DNA of 64,000 nucleotides from positions 20,916,534 through 20,980,533 of the forward strand of contig CM120644.1 in NCBI GenBank assembly GCA_051362555.1, read 5' to 3'. The DNA is from Lingula anatina (Eukaryota; Animalia; Brachiopoda). Of this stretch, positions 1 through 12,700 are shown one piece after another; position 1 is the stretch's first letter, and every line of letters begins with the position of its first letter. A model generated the notes under the pieces. The model searched no databases, was not told the DNA's origin, and saw only the letters and a list, made by a program, of their open reading frames with translations. The translations under genes were made by a program, and so were the position numbers.

Positions 1-20
1 CGCCGAGAAGACATGGCTAA

Positions 21-190
21 GGATATTGTCACCCCTCGCCCAAAACACTTCATTTACTGCCTTACCTACATTCTTTTGGGTAATAAATAAATCTTCAGTG
101 TTCAGTGACTAAAGTAATTAACATTTACACATATGTCATCTTACGGATGATGTCATAATTGCGGTTTTTTTTGGGCAAAACTGAAAAATC
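21..190 (-). mobile_element. fragment of the TTAA-flanked Kolobok-like MITE family
   Basis: Reverse-complement match to about 18085-18252; terminus GGATATTGTCACCC. Confidence 0.75.
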
Positions 191-557
191 AGTTTGTCAT
201 GTATGTCGTCAAGATGGCTGTCATAAAACCTGTAGAGGGAATACCTTTTTGGAATGATGATCGGAGCCTCGGAGGTGCTTGAGAATGGTTGATATGGCAC
301 GAAGATTTGATGTTTTCTTTCGTAAAAATGTCACCAACGACCCTTTTATCAGTGGCATGGTGACATGGGCAGCAAGCTGTTACTTTTCTGATATACTGTA
401 ATGACCACGCTGTGCAAACTGTGGACCAATGCTAACAGACAGGTTTGAAGTCGGTCCCAGTATTCTGCTCAATAAAAGTGAGGAGCTTGTTAAAACGCCA
501 CGATAAAATTGGTATATGGTCAACTCTTTTAAGGGGTGTGTGTTCTCGATCACCTCT

Positions 558-609
558 ATTATTATTATTATTATTATAATTATTATTATTATTATTATTA
601 TTATTATTG
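558..609. repeat. (TAT)n microsatellite
   Basis: Read directly from the sequence. Confidence 0.95.
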
Positions 610-755
610 AAGTCCCACATCATCTTATGTGAAGCCTGAGCTTTGGTATCAAGAAGACAACTCAGATATAAACCATTTCGCGTGGAATTCTTGCGGTGTG
701 TAGCAATTTGGTCTTTATAAGTTCCACGCATCTCATCTCAGTCCCGATCTTTTTC

Positions 756-758
<3 letters not shown>

Positions 759-806
<48 letters not shown>
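759..806. repeat. (TAT)n microsatellite
   Basis: Read directly from the sequence. Confidence 0.95.
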
Positions 807-809
<3 letters not shown>

Positions 810-2178
810 TTGTATTAATACAAACACATTTTGATACAATTGCTATGATCTCACAACAGAATACAAGGATAATATATATGTATTGAACCAATGATGGCTC
901 CGCCTTCTCAAGACTGTTAGAGACGCCGGTTGACATAGTGGTCACACGTGTGTGGATGTGTGGTGTGACATGAAACAAAGGAAGCGACAGTGGAAATGCA
1001 TTATTTTCTGTCAATTTTTTGCTATAAATCGTAACGTGATTTAGCTGCAAGGTGTGCTCAGCATTATCTGAATTATGACCATAACATATGCATTAAAGTA
1101 ATTCAGAATACAAATTACATTTGAATATAGAATATAAATTTGAATAAATGGTATGGAATATTAACCGCTATTTTGCATTTTCTAAACCATTAATCATGAT
1201 ACATATGGTATCTGGAATAAAAAGCACTGTTTATAACAATTCACACCTGTGAGGTGATCTTTTATAAATAAAAAAATCACATGGCATTGGAGGTGGAACA
1301 ACCTTCTTGACCAGTAGGGTTCAATTTTGACCATATGCTCACATACACTCCGGCGTCTCAAGATTGCGGCGTCTATTCTACAAATCGATTCTAAAGCGAA
1401 CTAAGAAAATTCATCATAGTGTAAAAATAGGACCATGATGTGGAGACTTCAGACGAATAAATCGAATGGCACTTTGTACGTGACTATATTATATCGTGCC
1501 GATGATAGAGTACCACCATTTCCTCAGTTCTACCCTTCAGTTCGGTGGGTCCCCCCGGAATACCACACGCCTCTCACCGACCTCATTACTTCACCATTGA
1601 TTAATACGGAGGCAGTAGAAAAAAACACATTCAAAACATAGCTAAAAAGGCCAACTAACATAAAAGAGATATTCAGAAATTAAAACAAAATGACTCCTCG
1701 TTTCCGGTACACGTACAGTTGATCCACATCAATCTGGTGATTATAGTCACGTGATAAAACACAGAACATTAAGATATTTTTCATTTGCACACAAATATAG
1801 CAGTTAAATGTGGACATTTCCTGGGAGAAGAGGATCGAGTGAAGAGTGAGGAGAAAAGTTTAATAAAAAATACCCAGTCTATTACAGGCCTAAATATAGC
1901 GGGGGAGGTCGGAGTGATGGCCAGTGTAGAGGGAACGACTGTTAATGGCGGAAAAAGAGCAATTCCGTGTTGGGTGCAGGCGGTCCTAGCACCTGCAGGG
2001 CTATGAATCCGTCATCACTCAGACTTAGAGGGAAAAAATACCAGTCACAGACAGAGACGAGGAGGAAAAAAGTTTAACATGTTTACATTGGTCAACTTTT
2101 TGCAATGTCTATCCAGCTCAGAACTTTCGTACAGGATGCCTGCCCTCCGCGTTCTCCTCTCAGCTCTTTTCCCCAGCG

Positions 2179-2388
2179 CCTCTCCCCCTCCCCCTCTCTC
2201 TCTCTCTCCCTCCCCCTCTCTCTCTCTCCCTCCCTCTCTCTCTCTCTCCCCCTCTCTCTCTCTCCCTCCCTCCCTCTCTCTCTCTCCCTCCCTCTCTCTC
2301 TCTCTCTCCCTCCCCCACTCCCTCCCTCCCTCCCTCTCTCTCTCTCCCTCCCCCTCTCTCTCTCCCTCCCCCCCTCTCTCTCTCTCTC
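2179..2388. repeat. CT-rich polypyrimidine tract, (CT)n/(CCCT)n
   Basis: About 210 bp of almost pure C/T. Confidence 0.95.
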
Positions 2389-3424
2389 GGCACCCATTTC
2401 ATATCTGCTTGCTTTGATTCATTTCTTCTTTTTTTCTCCCCTTTCCTTTATCTACTTCTCTTTGTCTTCATACTTTTTACCTTCTTCCTGTCACCTTCTC
2501 CATGTAAACACCGAATCTCCAAGCCCATTTCTCTAACAGATACAACATGACGGAATGTACAAACACTCGTAAAATTATAACACAAAAACGACCAAAAATG
2601 CGTTGTATATTTCAGTGAGTCAGCTGTTTTCTGTAGAACCATGTCAACTTTTTGTCAGATTGTTTTTTCTCTCTGAACCCGTTACATAACCGGCTTCTCG
2701 TGGCTGGCCGCCAACCAGTCCATTAGTTAAAATGTCATTCCACTCTCGGAGGACCACCTTAACAAGATGACTGCGATCTCTCGGCACGCGATACGGACTA
2801 ATAAAGTCTCGCGGCATCTTTTAACGCACTTCAAAAGTGGTAAGAATTTTTTTATCCGCTCTTAGCTTAATTGATTAAAACTCTCAAGAATCGTCACAGG
2901 ATACGGGTTTGGAGTAAGTGTCTCTGACAGAGGATCAGGGTCAATCCCTAGATTCCCGGGGGTGTATCCTGGATCCCAGGGACTGGGCATGACCCTGGTC
3001 GCCAGACGCTGCTTATATACGGATTGTGTGTTGAATGTGAAAAGATGTTGGTAACACATGACGAGATAAAGAGGTTAAGAGTCCTGTCCCAAGTATAGGG
3101 CAAACACCGCGGATTGCCCCTGCTCATTGCAACATCACTAATATAATGCAGGATGCCGGAATTAATGCTTTGCTCTTTTCATGTACGAACTTATTATGGA
3201 TTTTACACATTTCAAATTTATTTCAATGATAGGGGGAGGAAATGTAGCAAAGTATATAAAAAGTTACGAGTTTGACTATTGATATTAGACAAAGGTATTT
3301 TCTTAATCTTTGGAACAAAGCCATTCTACGTAAAAACTTAAAGAGGAATACGCATGAGCAACCTTCGTGGTAAAATGCTGACTGCAGTAGCAAACCGTGG
3401 GCCGGCTCAATGAAAATCGATAGT

Positions 3425-3426
<2 letters not shown>

Positions 3427-3494
<68 letters not shown>
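3427..3494. repeat. (AT)n microsatellite
   Basis: Read directly from the sequence. Confidence 0.97.
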
Positions 3495-3496
<2 letters not shown>

Positions 3497-3743
3497 ACCA
3501 AACAGCAGACGTTGGTAGAAAAGACGGAAAGGGCAACATTGACTTTAAAATAACCAAATAAAAGAGTAAACAAACAATATGATCAGAGCATTCTGTACTT
3601 CAATTTATTCTTAGTATCGCATTATATCATATCTTTTTAGACACAAATTTTAGAAGACCCACAGACAAACTACACCTGTGAAGGCAAAGATATCAGTACA
3701 CAACAACAAAAACAACAACAATAAGAAGAAGAAGAAAAGGAAG

Positions 3744-4316
3744 ATAAGCACTCAGAGAGCACAACCTCCCCAAAGACAAATAATTATCTAATAGATAACC
3801 AGTAATTAATTAATTAATCATCACGAAAGTATAACAATTTCTTCCTTGGCTTCCCTAAAATTTTAATTGATTAATTTATTTATTTATCATCACCAAAACC
3901 GTAACATTTCTTCCTTGACCAATTTGTTACCTATCCTGAATTAACTAATTAATCAACGAATCATCACCAATATCGACTAATTGCTTCCTTGGTCCATTTG
4001 TGGACTATCTTGATTATTTAATTAAATAATCAGTTGATAAATCAACTAATTAATAAATTAATAATGTGATTAATTAATATTTCATCATAAAAATCTAACC
4101 ATTTGTTCCTTGGTCCGTTTAATCTATCCTGAAAATTTCATCAAAATCTGTACATACAGTAGTTAATTAATTAATGTGTCATTACCAATCTAATTATTTC
4201 TTCCTTGGCCCCTACGTGACTTATCTTGAAAATGTCATCATAATCTGCCGATGGCTTTTGCGTTATGCTGTACACAGAAAAAAAACAAAAACACAACCTC
4301 ATTCTGGGAGGTAATA
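3744..4316 (-). mobile_element. HINE/DINE-1-like non-autonomous Helentron (family C)
   Basis: Subterminal inverted motif ACCTCCC (about 3764) / GGGAGGT (4306), a short fold-back ACCTC..GAGGT at one end, CTCAGAG near the other end, and degenerate internal repeats TTTCTTCCTTGG..CTATC..GAA. Confidence 0.6.
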
Positions 4317-5835
4317 AAATAGCCAGAAAACAGCGAAACTTGCGAGGTATCATCCCTTATGCACCATTACCAGTTACCTGACTGGTACACTGTAGTGAAT
4401 TCGGCCGGTTTCAGGTTGTCTCATGCTTGTGCCGGGCTATAAAGTGAGACAACAAGCAGTGCCGTGGATTTCAATATTAAGTGGCAATGGGCATTATTCA
4501 TGTTACTGAAACAGAAGAACTAGAATCTCAGTTGTGACACGTATTTTTATTCTGACTGTTATCGTAAGACTGCCTATTTCAGCATGAGCACTATCTTTTA
4601 CCGTCTACTAAATTTAGTAATAGGATCCAAAGAAATTTTTTTTCACTTGATATACACAGAAAATTTGACATCATACGAAGACCCGCGAGAGATTGGGTCA
4701 GCTTTTTACCGGTGAGGGGTGAAACCATACGGTCCAGGTATTTCGTCTTGCCTCCTCACGCGGTAGTGACAGCTGAGGATATGATTTTCATCCTTGTACA
4801 ACAACTACGTCATCACTAGGATCCAGCATTAGATCGGATCCTAGACAGAGAGGGCAAATTTCTAGAGTGATCATCGCGACAACGAAAATTAGTAGAGAAG
4901 TTGTGTGTGTGGTGCATAGAGATGATACATTGACATTGGGTAGTGTTACAATTTGTCCTGATACTATCGGGTTTTATGTTGTCATTGTTCCCTAGCTATG
5001 CGTTATGCCGGTGTGGAAGACCTGTTTTCTTAACATTATCATTATCACACAGACGTCAGTGGGTTTTTATGTTGTGCTGGTAACATATAAACATAATCAT
5101 TCAGTCTTATCAAAGATGACTCATGGTTAATGGAAAATCTTATATTGACACTCACACACACACACCCACACACACACACGAATATATATTACAAGCTCTC
5201 AGTTTTAGTGTCAATGATCTGACCATGAAGTAGAGAGCATGAAAGCATCCCTATAGACGACAGATCAGACAACTGATTCATTCTTGATTCGCGATGATGT
5301 ATCATTAGAGATGTCATTAGAGATTTTTGGAACACATCTTGCATTAATGGTTCTTTCTTCTCGTTGCTATATTGGTATAATTCAGATGTACATGATGAGA
5401 TAAAAGATAAATGAATCCAATGCTGTAAGCGAACCGCAGAAGACATTAGAATGAAAGCGTGTGTGTGAGAGAGAGAAAGGATGGGGGGGTCGACAAATAG
5501 CTCCTTAGTTACTAGTAGATATCAGGTTTCCTATTTTGCAAAGGAAGATACATTTTAACCTCAAAATAACATCCAAGGTATTCAACATAAGTGTTCTTGT
5601 GCATCTAAAGTAAACATTCTGGGCCCAGCACCAACATACACGTGTCCATTACAAAACTACGAAGACTTAACGTAAAAAAGTGGAATTTTCCGAACGAATG
5701 ACGGTTGTGGATTTTATTTACTTAAATCTGATGGCATGCAATGTCTTTTTCCAACTAAATAGGAATGGACTGCTTATGTTGTGCATCCTCTTTTAACATT
5801 AAAGCCCGTGCAGTAGGTAAAGGCACCTCCGCTTA

Positions 5836-6102
5836 CAGTGGCGGATTTAGAGGGGGTCAGGGGGGGTCCTGACACCTCCTTCGGTTTTTGAAAAAAATCA
5901 CACTAATATTCCCCTGTTGGAATTAGAATTTTGATTTGCTGATTTATAGTACTAACCCGTACCAAATGGCATCGTTCGCCCTCTAAAATAATAAAATACC
6001 AAAATTTTCCCCGAACCCCACGCCAACCGAGGGGGGGGGGGGGGGGTCGGATTCGCATTCGCGGACCCCCCCCCCCTTCAAATAATCCTGGATCCGCCCC
6101 TG
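5836..6102. mobile_element. hAT-like MITE
   Basis: TIR CAGTGGCGGAT / ATCCGCCCCTG; flanks CGCTTA and TGCTTA form a near-perfect 6-bp duplication. Confidence 0.7.
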
Positions 6103-8574
6103 TGCTTAGTCTTAAATAAGAAAAAGGTAACCTTCATAATCAGGGGATGTGTTATTTACAAATGTAGGCCTACACATGTATTTGTTGTATAGAATTTGCT
6201 GCTTGAGATAAACAACCACATTATACAGATAAAAGACAAAACAATCCCTATGAAACAATGAAGATATTTCATATTTTCGTAAATATCAGAAAGCTTCGCT
6301 CCATAAAAATTGTTGTATAATTCGACCAAAAGAACAACGTCATACAGTGCGCTGTTATCTTACAGCTAATCATATTACGGAAAAAAAAGATAAAAAGTAA
6401 AACTGCAAAACGTTTCCCAAGTAAACAACATTGTTCTCTTTCGGTGTGTTTTAGCATTAGTTTAATTAGGCAAAGCCGCACGGAGACGGGGAATGAGAAT
6501 GCTTGGACTTCAAAGAAAAAACTGCCATAGAAAAACTGTGCTCTCCGCGATGATGTAACGCGGTTACCGCTCACACTGGGTTTACCAAGAACCACAGCTG
6601 GTGTTTCTCAACACGTCTGACATTTTGAAACGTGCAGCTAAGTTTTAATTACTTGGTTTCCTCTACTGTAATGGGGGCGTAACACAAGGAAATTAACAAT
6701 GAATATTATTTTCTTTTGTAATCTATCACAGTCGCCACTTTTATCTGGTCGATGGAGAAATGGGGAGTCAGGCACATAGGTGGGGTTCCGGGGGGGGGGG
6801 GAGGGTGTTCAAATTGCCCTTATTTCTTGAAAAGTCCTCTCTGAATCAAACTTTGATCTAGGTTCTGTCATTATCTAGAAAGGACGGGGGGGGACCACCT
6901 CTTCGGGGTGGGACGCCCCTCTGAAACTGCTGGCTTCAGAAGCTGGGCGTGGCCAGGCCCCTTCCCCCCACCCTTCCTTTACATTAACATTTAAAATTTC
7001 TTCAAAGGATGTATAGCCACCCCTTGTAACCCCCCCCCTCATCTGCCATGGCGTCCACCAGCAACCAGGAAGTTAACGGTCACGAAAATGCAGGCTGCTG
7101 GGCTGTCTTTCAATTCCTTCAGTCATATCATCATCCCTAGGAGACACAATCAGCTTTTTCTTTTCCTGCCATGCTTCCTGGCGCAGCACCAGGTCAATTT
7201 CAGGTCCTTAATGCCTTTTTTGCTTTAACTGAATAGTTTCTAAAAGTAGCTTACATTACATCTGTATGTTACTGCCACAGCGATCAGACTCCTCTTAGTG
7301 AACTCTTTGGGGTAAAAACCGGAAACTTCCATACCCATTCTGAATGCGAAAACGATTGTGAAACGTGATTTAAAATGATCTGCGTGAATTGGTAGATTAC
7401 TGTGGAGTCCACAATTTGCTCGGTAGACGGATGAAAGCTACCAAGGGCGTAGGACGCACTCGCCTTGTCAGATATAATTTAATTTCTTTTCTATTTTTGT
7501 GAATATTGAATTTAGTTGCGGTTTTTGATAAACCTTTTGAGAGCGAAAAGGTGTTAGACTATTTCCATATTGCATTTTCGACTCGATTCTTTCTCTCTCT
7601 TTCTCTTTGTGTAAGTGCATTTACTTATGTTTTGAAGGAATGCTTAGGATCTATTTGACAATGAAGTTAAGGTGAAAATTATCGAAAATAAAATTTAAGA
7701 GCGCAAATAGTTGCCTTAAACTTTGTCTTCAAACTTATCATTGAATTAAGTGCTTATAATATAGTATAAAGCTCTATTGCTCCTCTTCTAACTTTGTGCC
7801 AAACATCATTAACTGAGTTACTTCCAAGACGAGACGCCATGTCACACAATTGAACTGGGCACCAACACACGCGGCACACTATGCAAACACACGCAAAATG
7901 CTTTTTCAATCATTCAGAATTTTAATTTGTACTTGGACCAGTGTTTGCCTTACCGATTATCACACATAAGGCTGGCTCCACAAAAATATATACGTTCAGA
8001 TAAATACAGACAGACTCGTAGTACGCAATGTATTCGTCTATCTTTTCAATTCGTTTTTTTTTTTATTGGATAAAATTATGATTACAAATTTTCCCACTTT
8101 TTATGCAACTACGTAAAACCAACCGCTAGCTGGGTACATATACCGCTCACTGATAGAATATCAGACGCCCAGTCATCAAAATTCCGACGTTACAATGCGC
8201 ATAATGCGTCGCTAAATCGCCCCGCATAACAACTGCTTCTCTGGACAAATGTGTGATATAAATCACCTCCAGCCCGTGCTGCCCTCTGGCAAACAATACG
8301 AGACTTCCGCGTGTGTACCCATGTCAGAGCAGGTTTCGTGTAACACTACACAATTAGCCCCTGACACTAAGACAAATGCATCACACTGTCAAATTAGATG
8401 AAAAAAAAAACTTAACCGAGAAGATGAATGACGTGTAGATAAGGGGTGAAAGAGCCTCGGTTTATTAGTGCGACAGCATTCTGTCTTCCGATAAAGATCC
8501 GTAACGTTTTTGCGCGCGTGCCGTCATCAAGCGTCTTGGAGATAGAATCAAATTTTGAAATTTAACACAGTTTA

Positions 8575-8685
8575 AGGCTGCCACGTGCGCGACGGCCAAT
8601 CACAAGAGCCGACGATACATGGGAGGGTTGAAGCCTCAGATGGCTTTATTAACCGAGCAAGGCGTTGAGAAGACCAGTTCTTCAC
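8575..8685 (+). promoter_or_regulatory. candidate myostatin core promoter
   Basis: E-box CACGTG at 8582-8587, CCAAT at 8596-8600, TATA-like TTTATTAA at 8645-8652 and Inr-like CCAGTT about 30 nt downstream. An alternative TATAAAA lies at 8950. Confidence 0.4.
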
Positions 8686-9065
8686 GCTACATTGTTAACA
8701 ACGAGACTGCTACTGGTGCTTACTGGCATGAAGGCAACGCAGTGGACAAACTCTTCGGCAAACAGCATGTAGACAGCCGAAGAAGTTGACGACTCTCTCT
8801 GCTGCTAGGGACGCCAACCCATCAGCTGATTGCTGGTAAACAGACCGGTCCTCGACAATCAAGACAAAAAATACACAAAGTTACCACGCGCAAGTATTTA
8901 CACAGGCTGGCAAGTTTAGCAAAGGGCCAGGAGGCGCTCATTTAAATCTTATAAAAATTTCATAAGAAGAGTTATTCTGACAACGGGAATGTGCACGTGG
9001 TAATAGCATTAGTTTTGGTATCGAAGGTATTTTCACTGCGAGCAGCTTTCATATATTAACCCAGC

Positions 9066-9771
9066 ATGTTGATACTAGCGCTGCCAGCAGCCGTGCTGGT
9101 GTTTTTTATGACTGGTGGCTGCTTCTCCATCAAAGCGGTTGTGGCACAAGTAGAAAGGCACGTTATTCGAACTGCCGATCAGATCGACCAGCCAAACCTG
9201 AGGGCTGATATCATTAAAGCTATGGAGAACGTACAAATACGGCAACGTGCTAGGGAGCCGGTGACCCCCGGGATATTGGAGGGGGGTTCACGCGGGGGTA
9301 CCACATCGCGACAGACTAACTGGTATGAGGAATCTTTTAGACAGACCCGCGCTGGTTTCGGCACAGTGGGTCAACATCGACATCGTCACAGACACGGCGC
9401 ACGCAGCAGGCAGCACGGGACCGAGGGCGCGTACAATGGCACGGCCTCAGCTCGCGCTAGGACCCGGCCGGGGAGGCCTACGTTCTTAAACTGCCCCCAC
9501 TGTATTCTAAGAGAGGAGGCTAAAAGATTTCGCATAGAAGCCATAAAAAATCAGATTTTGAGCAAGCTTAGGTTAAAAGCCATACCTAATATTACTGGTC
9601 TTATTCTTCCAAAGATCCCGCCGCTGAGGTCGTACCTGGACAACCACCCTAATCCGAACGGCGGGATGTTGGGAGATGACCCCAATATTCTCCCGCAGGA
9701 AGACGTCAGTGGACTGGAGACGGACGATTACCACGCCACCACGGTGAAGGTATTTAACTTCGCTCATCCAC
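9066..9771 (+). CDS. MSTN: myostatin-like exon 1 (signal peptide and N-terminal prodomain)
   Basis: ATG at 9066; donor C|GTAAGT at 9772; phase 1. Confidence 0.93.
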
Positions 9772-12700
9772 GTAAGTACCACATGTTCCTGTTAATATAG
9801 TAAATCTGGAGTGCAATTCCACGTGTACTCCTAACGAGCTCGAACACCCCCCTTCTCTCTAGCTCTTTCTCTCTAACACACATACGCACGTACACACACA
9901 CACACATATACACACATACACACACGCGCGTGCTTTTTTTTGCGCTGTTTCTGTTCTGTTTGGTGTGGGCAAAAATTAAATTCGTTTTGTTATGAAGGTA
10001 CTTGCTGTGAAAATCTCTTATTACCCCTCACCCCCAAGGGGAAAATCAAATAAACTAATAAAACTTTAAAAAACAAAACAAAGTAAGTGATTTCAAAGTA
10101 TAAACACTAAACCTACATTTATTTAACAATCTAATGTATTCGGATGCAGCTCAGAACGGTCAGGGAACATGCTGGTCTTACAATAGAAACCTTCACGATG
10201 ACATAATAACCACGTCTCCAAAACTTAAGAGCATGGACATAATAAGTTATTATATAAATTATTATGTCCATGTTAAGAGTAAGTTGGTCGTTGCATAATG
10301 TTATGCAAACACACCGCATAAACGTGACAATGAATTAATGAAACCACAAAAAACTATTAAATACATCTGAGTGGATGATTTCGGTGACACCGGGGCGGAG
10401 ACACGGGTTGTGTAAGAGCACCAAGGAGGCTTCTGTTGATGTGTTGTTGGAGCCTGCTCTTCTTTAGTTAATCTCTGGACAAATAATGAGCACCTGTAAG
10501 GCAACAGAAATACCCATCGCTTTATTATTAAGAAATTCTGTACGTTTTTAGCGCGTCCTTTTGTTTTAACTTAATCACTAAGTGTCTTTTAGTGAGGAAA
10601 TATGACCTAGGAAACGTTGGCTTAATTGTGTCACGTTTTGGCATAAATAATGACTATTTTATTAACATAGGAGCAAAATATATTTTGAAAATACTTTCCA
10701 GCCGACTTTCCAGTCTTGCACAGTTAAGTAAGAAGAATCTTCTAGGGTTTCAGATGGAAATAATCTAGTGAAATCATTGAAAGTGTTCACCAACTATGCA
10801 GTACGTACTTTGGTCTAGGTGCACCCTCCCCTCACCATGGAACTGTTGAATGCCAGGCTGAGGCCGAGTGAACGATTATATATATACAGAAGTACAACGT
10901 GTATATAGATGTGACACAGCAATGTTTGATATATGTAATGGCATTGTAATTAGACAGGTGTTTGTTGTGCCATGTAATGAGTAGTGACACTGTAATGAGG
11001 CAGATGGTTGTAGTGACACTGTAATGAGACAGATGGTTGTAGTGACACTGTAATGAGACAGATGGTTGTAGTGACACTGTAATGAGACAGATGGTTGTAG
11101 TGACACTGTAATGACACTGAAGGTGGTAGTGACACTGTTATGAGACAGATGGTTGTAGTGATACTGTAATGAGACAGATGGTTGTAGTGACACTGTAATG
11201 AGACAGATGGTTGTAGTGACACTGTAATGGGACAGCTGGTTGTAGTGACACTGTAATGGGACAGATGGTTGTAGTGACACTGTAATGAGACAGATGGTTG
11301 TAGTGAGACTGTAATGACACTGAAGGTTGTAGTGACACTGTTATGAGACAGATGGTTGTAGTGATACTGTAATGAGACAGATGGTTGTAGTGACACTGTA
11401 ATGAGACAGATGGTTGTAGTGACACTGTAATGGGACAGATGGTTGTAGTGACACTGTAATGAGAAAGATGGTTGTTGTGACACTGTAATGACACTGAAGG
11501 TTGTAGTGACACTGTAATGAGACAGATGGCTGTAGTGACACTGTAATGAGACAGATGGTTGTAGTGACACTGTAATGACACTGAAGGTTGTAGTGACACT
11601 GTAATGAGAAAGATGGTTGTAGTGACACTGTAATGACACTGAAGGTTGTAGTGACACTGTAATGAGACAGATGGTTCTAGTGACACTGTAATGAGACAGA
11701 TGGTTGTAGTGACACTGTAATGAGACAGATGGTTGTAGTGACACTGTAATGAGACAGCTGGTTCTAGTGACACTGTAATGAGACAGATGGTTGTAGTGAC
11801 ACTGTAATGAGACAAATGGTTATAGTGACACTGTAATGGGACAGATGGTTGTAGTGACACTGTAATGGGACAGCTGGTTATAGTGACACTGTAATGGGAC
11901 AGCTGGTTGTAGTGACACTGTAATGAGACAGATGGTTGTAGTGACACTGTAATGGGACAGCTGGTTGTAGTGACACTGTAATGGGACAGATGGTTGTAGT
12001 GACACTGTAATGAGACAAATGGTTATAGTGACACTGTAATGGGACAGATGGTTGTAGTGACACTGTAATGAGACAAATGGTTATAGTGACACTGTAATGG
12101 GACAGATGGTTGTAGTGACACTGTAATGAGACAGATGGTTGTAGTGACACTGTAATGAGACAAATGGTTATAGTGACACTGTAATGGGACAGATGGTTGT
12201 AGTGACACTGTAATGGGACAGCTGGTTATAGTGACACTGTAATGGGACAGCTGGTTGTAGTGACACTGTAATGAGACAGATGGTTGTAGTGACACTGTAA
12301 TGGGACAGGTGTTTGTTGTGACACTGTTTTCATAAATACAGTCACAACTACAGTCCATCCATCAGTGAAGCGAACAGATGAGTGATAAAGTCTAACAACT
12401 TGTGAAACAAACAAAAAAAATGAACCCGCGTTATGAACAAGAACTCGTGAATGATATTGATAGATATATATCTCCCAGATTGTTTTTAAAACAAAAATAT
12501 AGATGTGCGTAAAAATATAAATGTGCGTAGTAACTGACACCCCTTCTGCTGTGAGCAGAGGCGCGTAATTTAATTGTTTATTTATTGACCGTAGAGCAAC
12601 ACATGGAAACGAAGGCAATCGATAGCTCGACTGAATAAAGTTGAATTGGCAACCATGTGAACTCTTTATTTAGGGACACGTTTTTGCACGCTACTGCATT

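Noticed and set aside
432-731. 99-aa ORF with a poly-Asn run
   Set aside because: It spans a (TAT)n microsatellite and has no recognisable domain.
2079-2536. Ser/Leu/Pro and Arg/Glu/Gly ORFs
   Set aside because: They are translations of a CT-rich simple repeat.
3162-3594. Short inverted ends AATGCTTTGCTC / GATCAGAGCATT around an (AT)n tract
   Set aside because: The match is only 10/12 with no TSD, so it could be chance.
10950-12327. CRISPR-like periodicity (also 23890-24336, 47452-48932 and 62967-63385)
   Set aside because: These are head-to-tail repeats with no unique spacers and no cas genes, in a eukaryotic context.
10832-12358. Overlapping ORFs up to 269 aa ([23 protein letters not shown])
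   Set aside because: They are products of a 29-bp satellite that lacks stops on the - strand.
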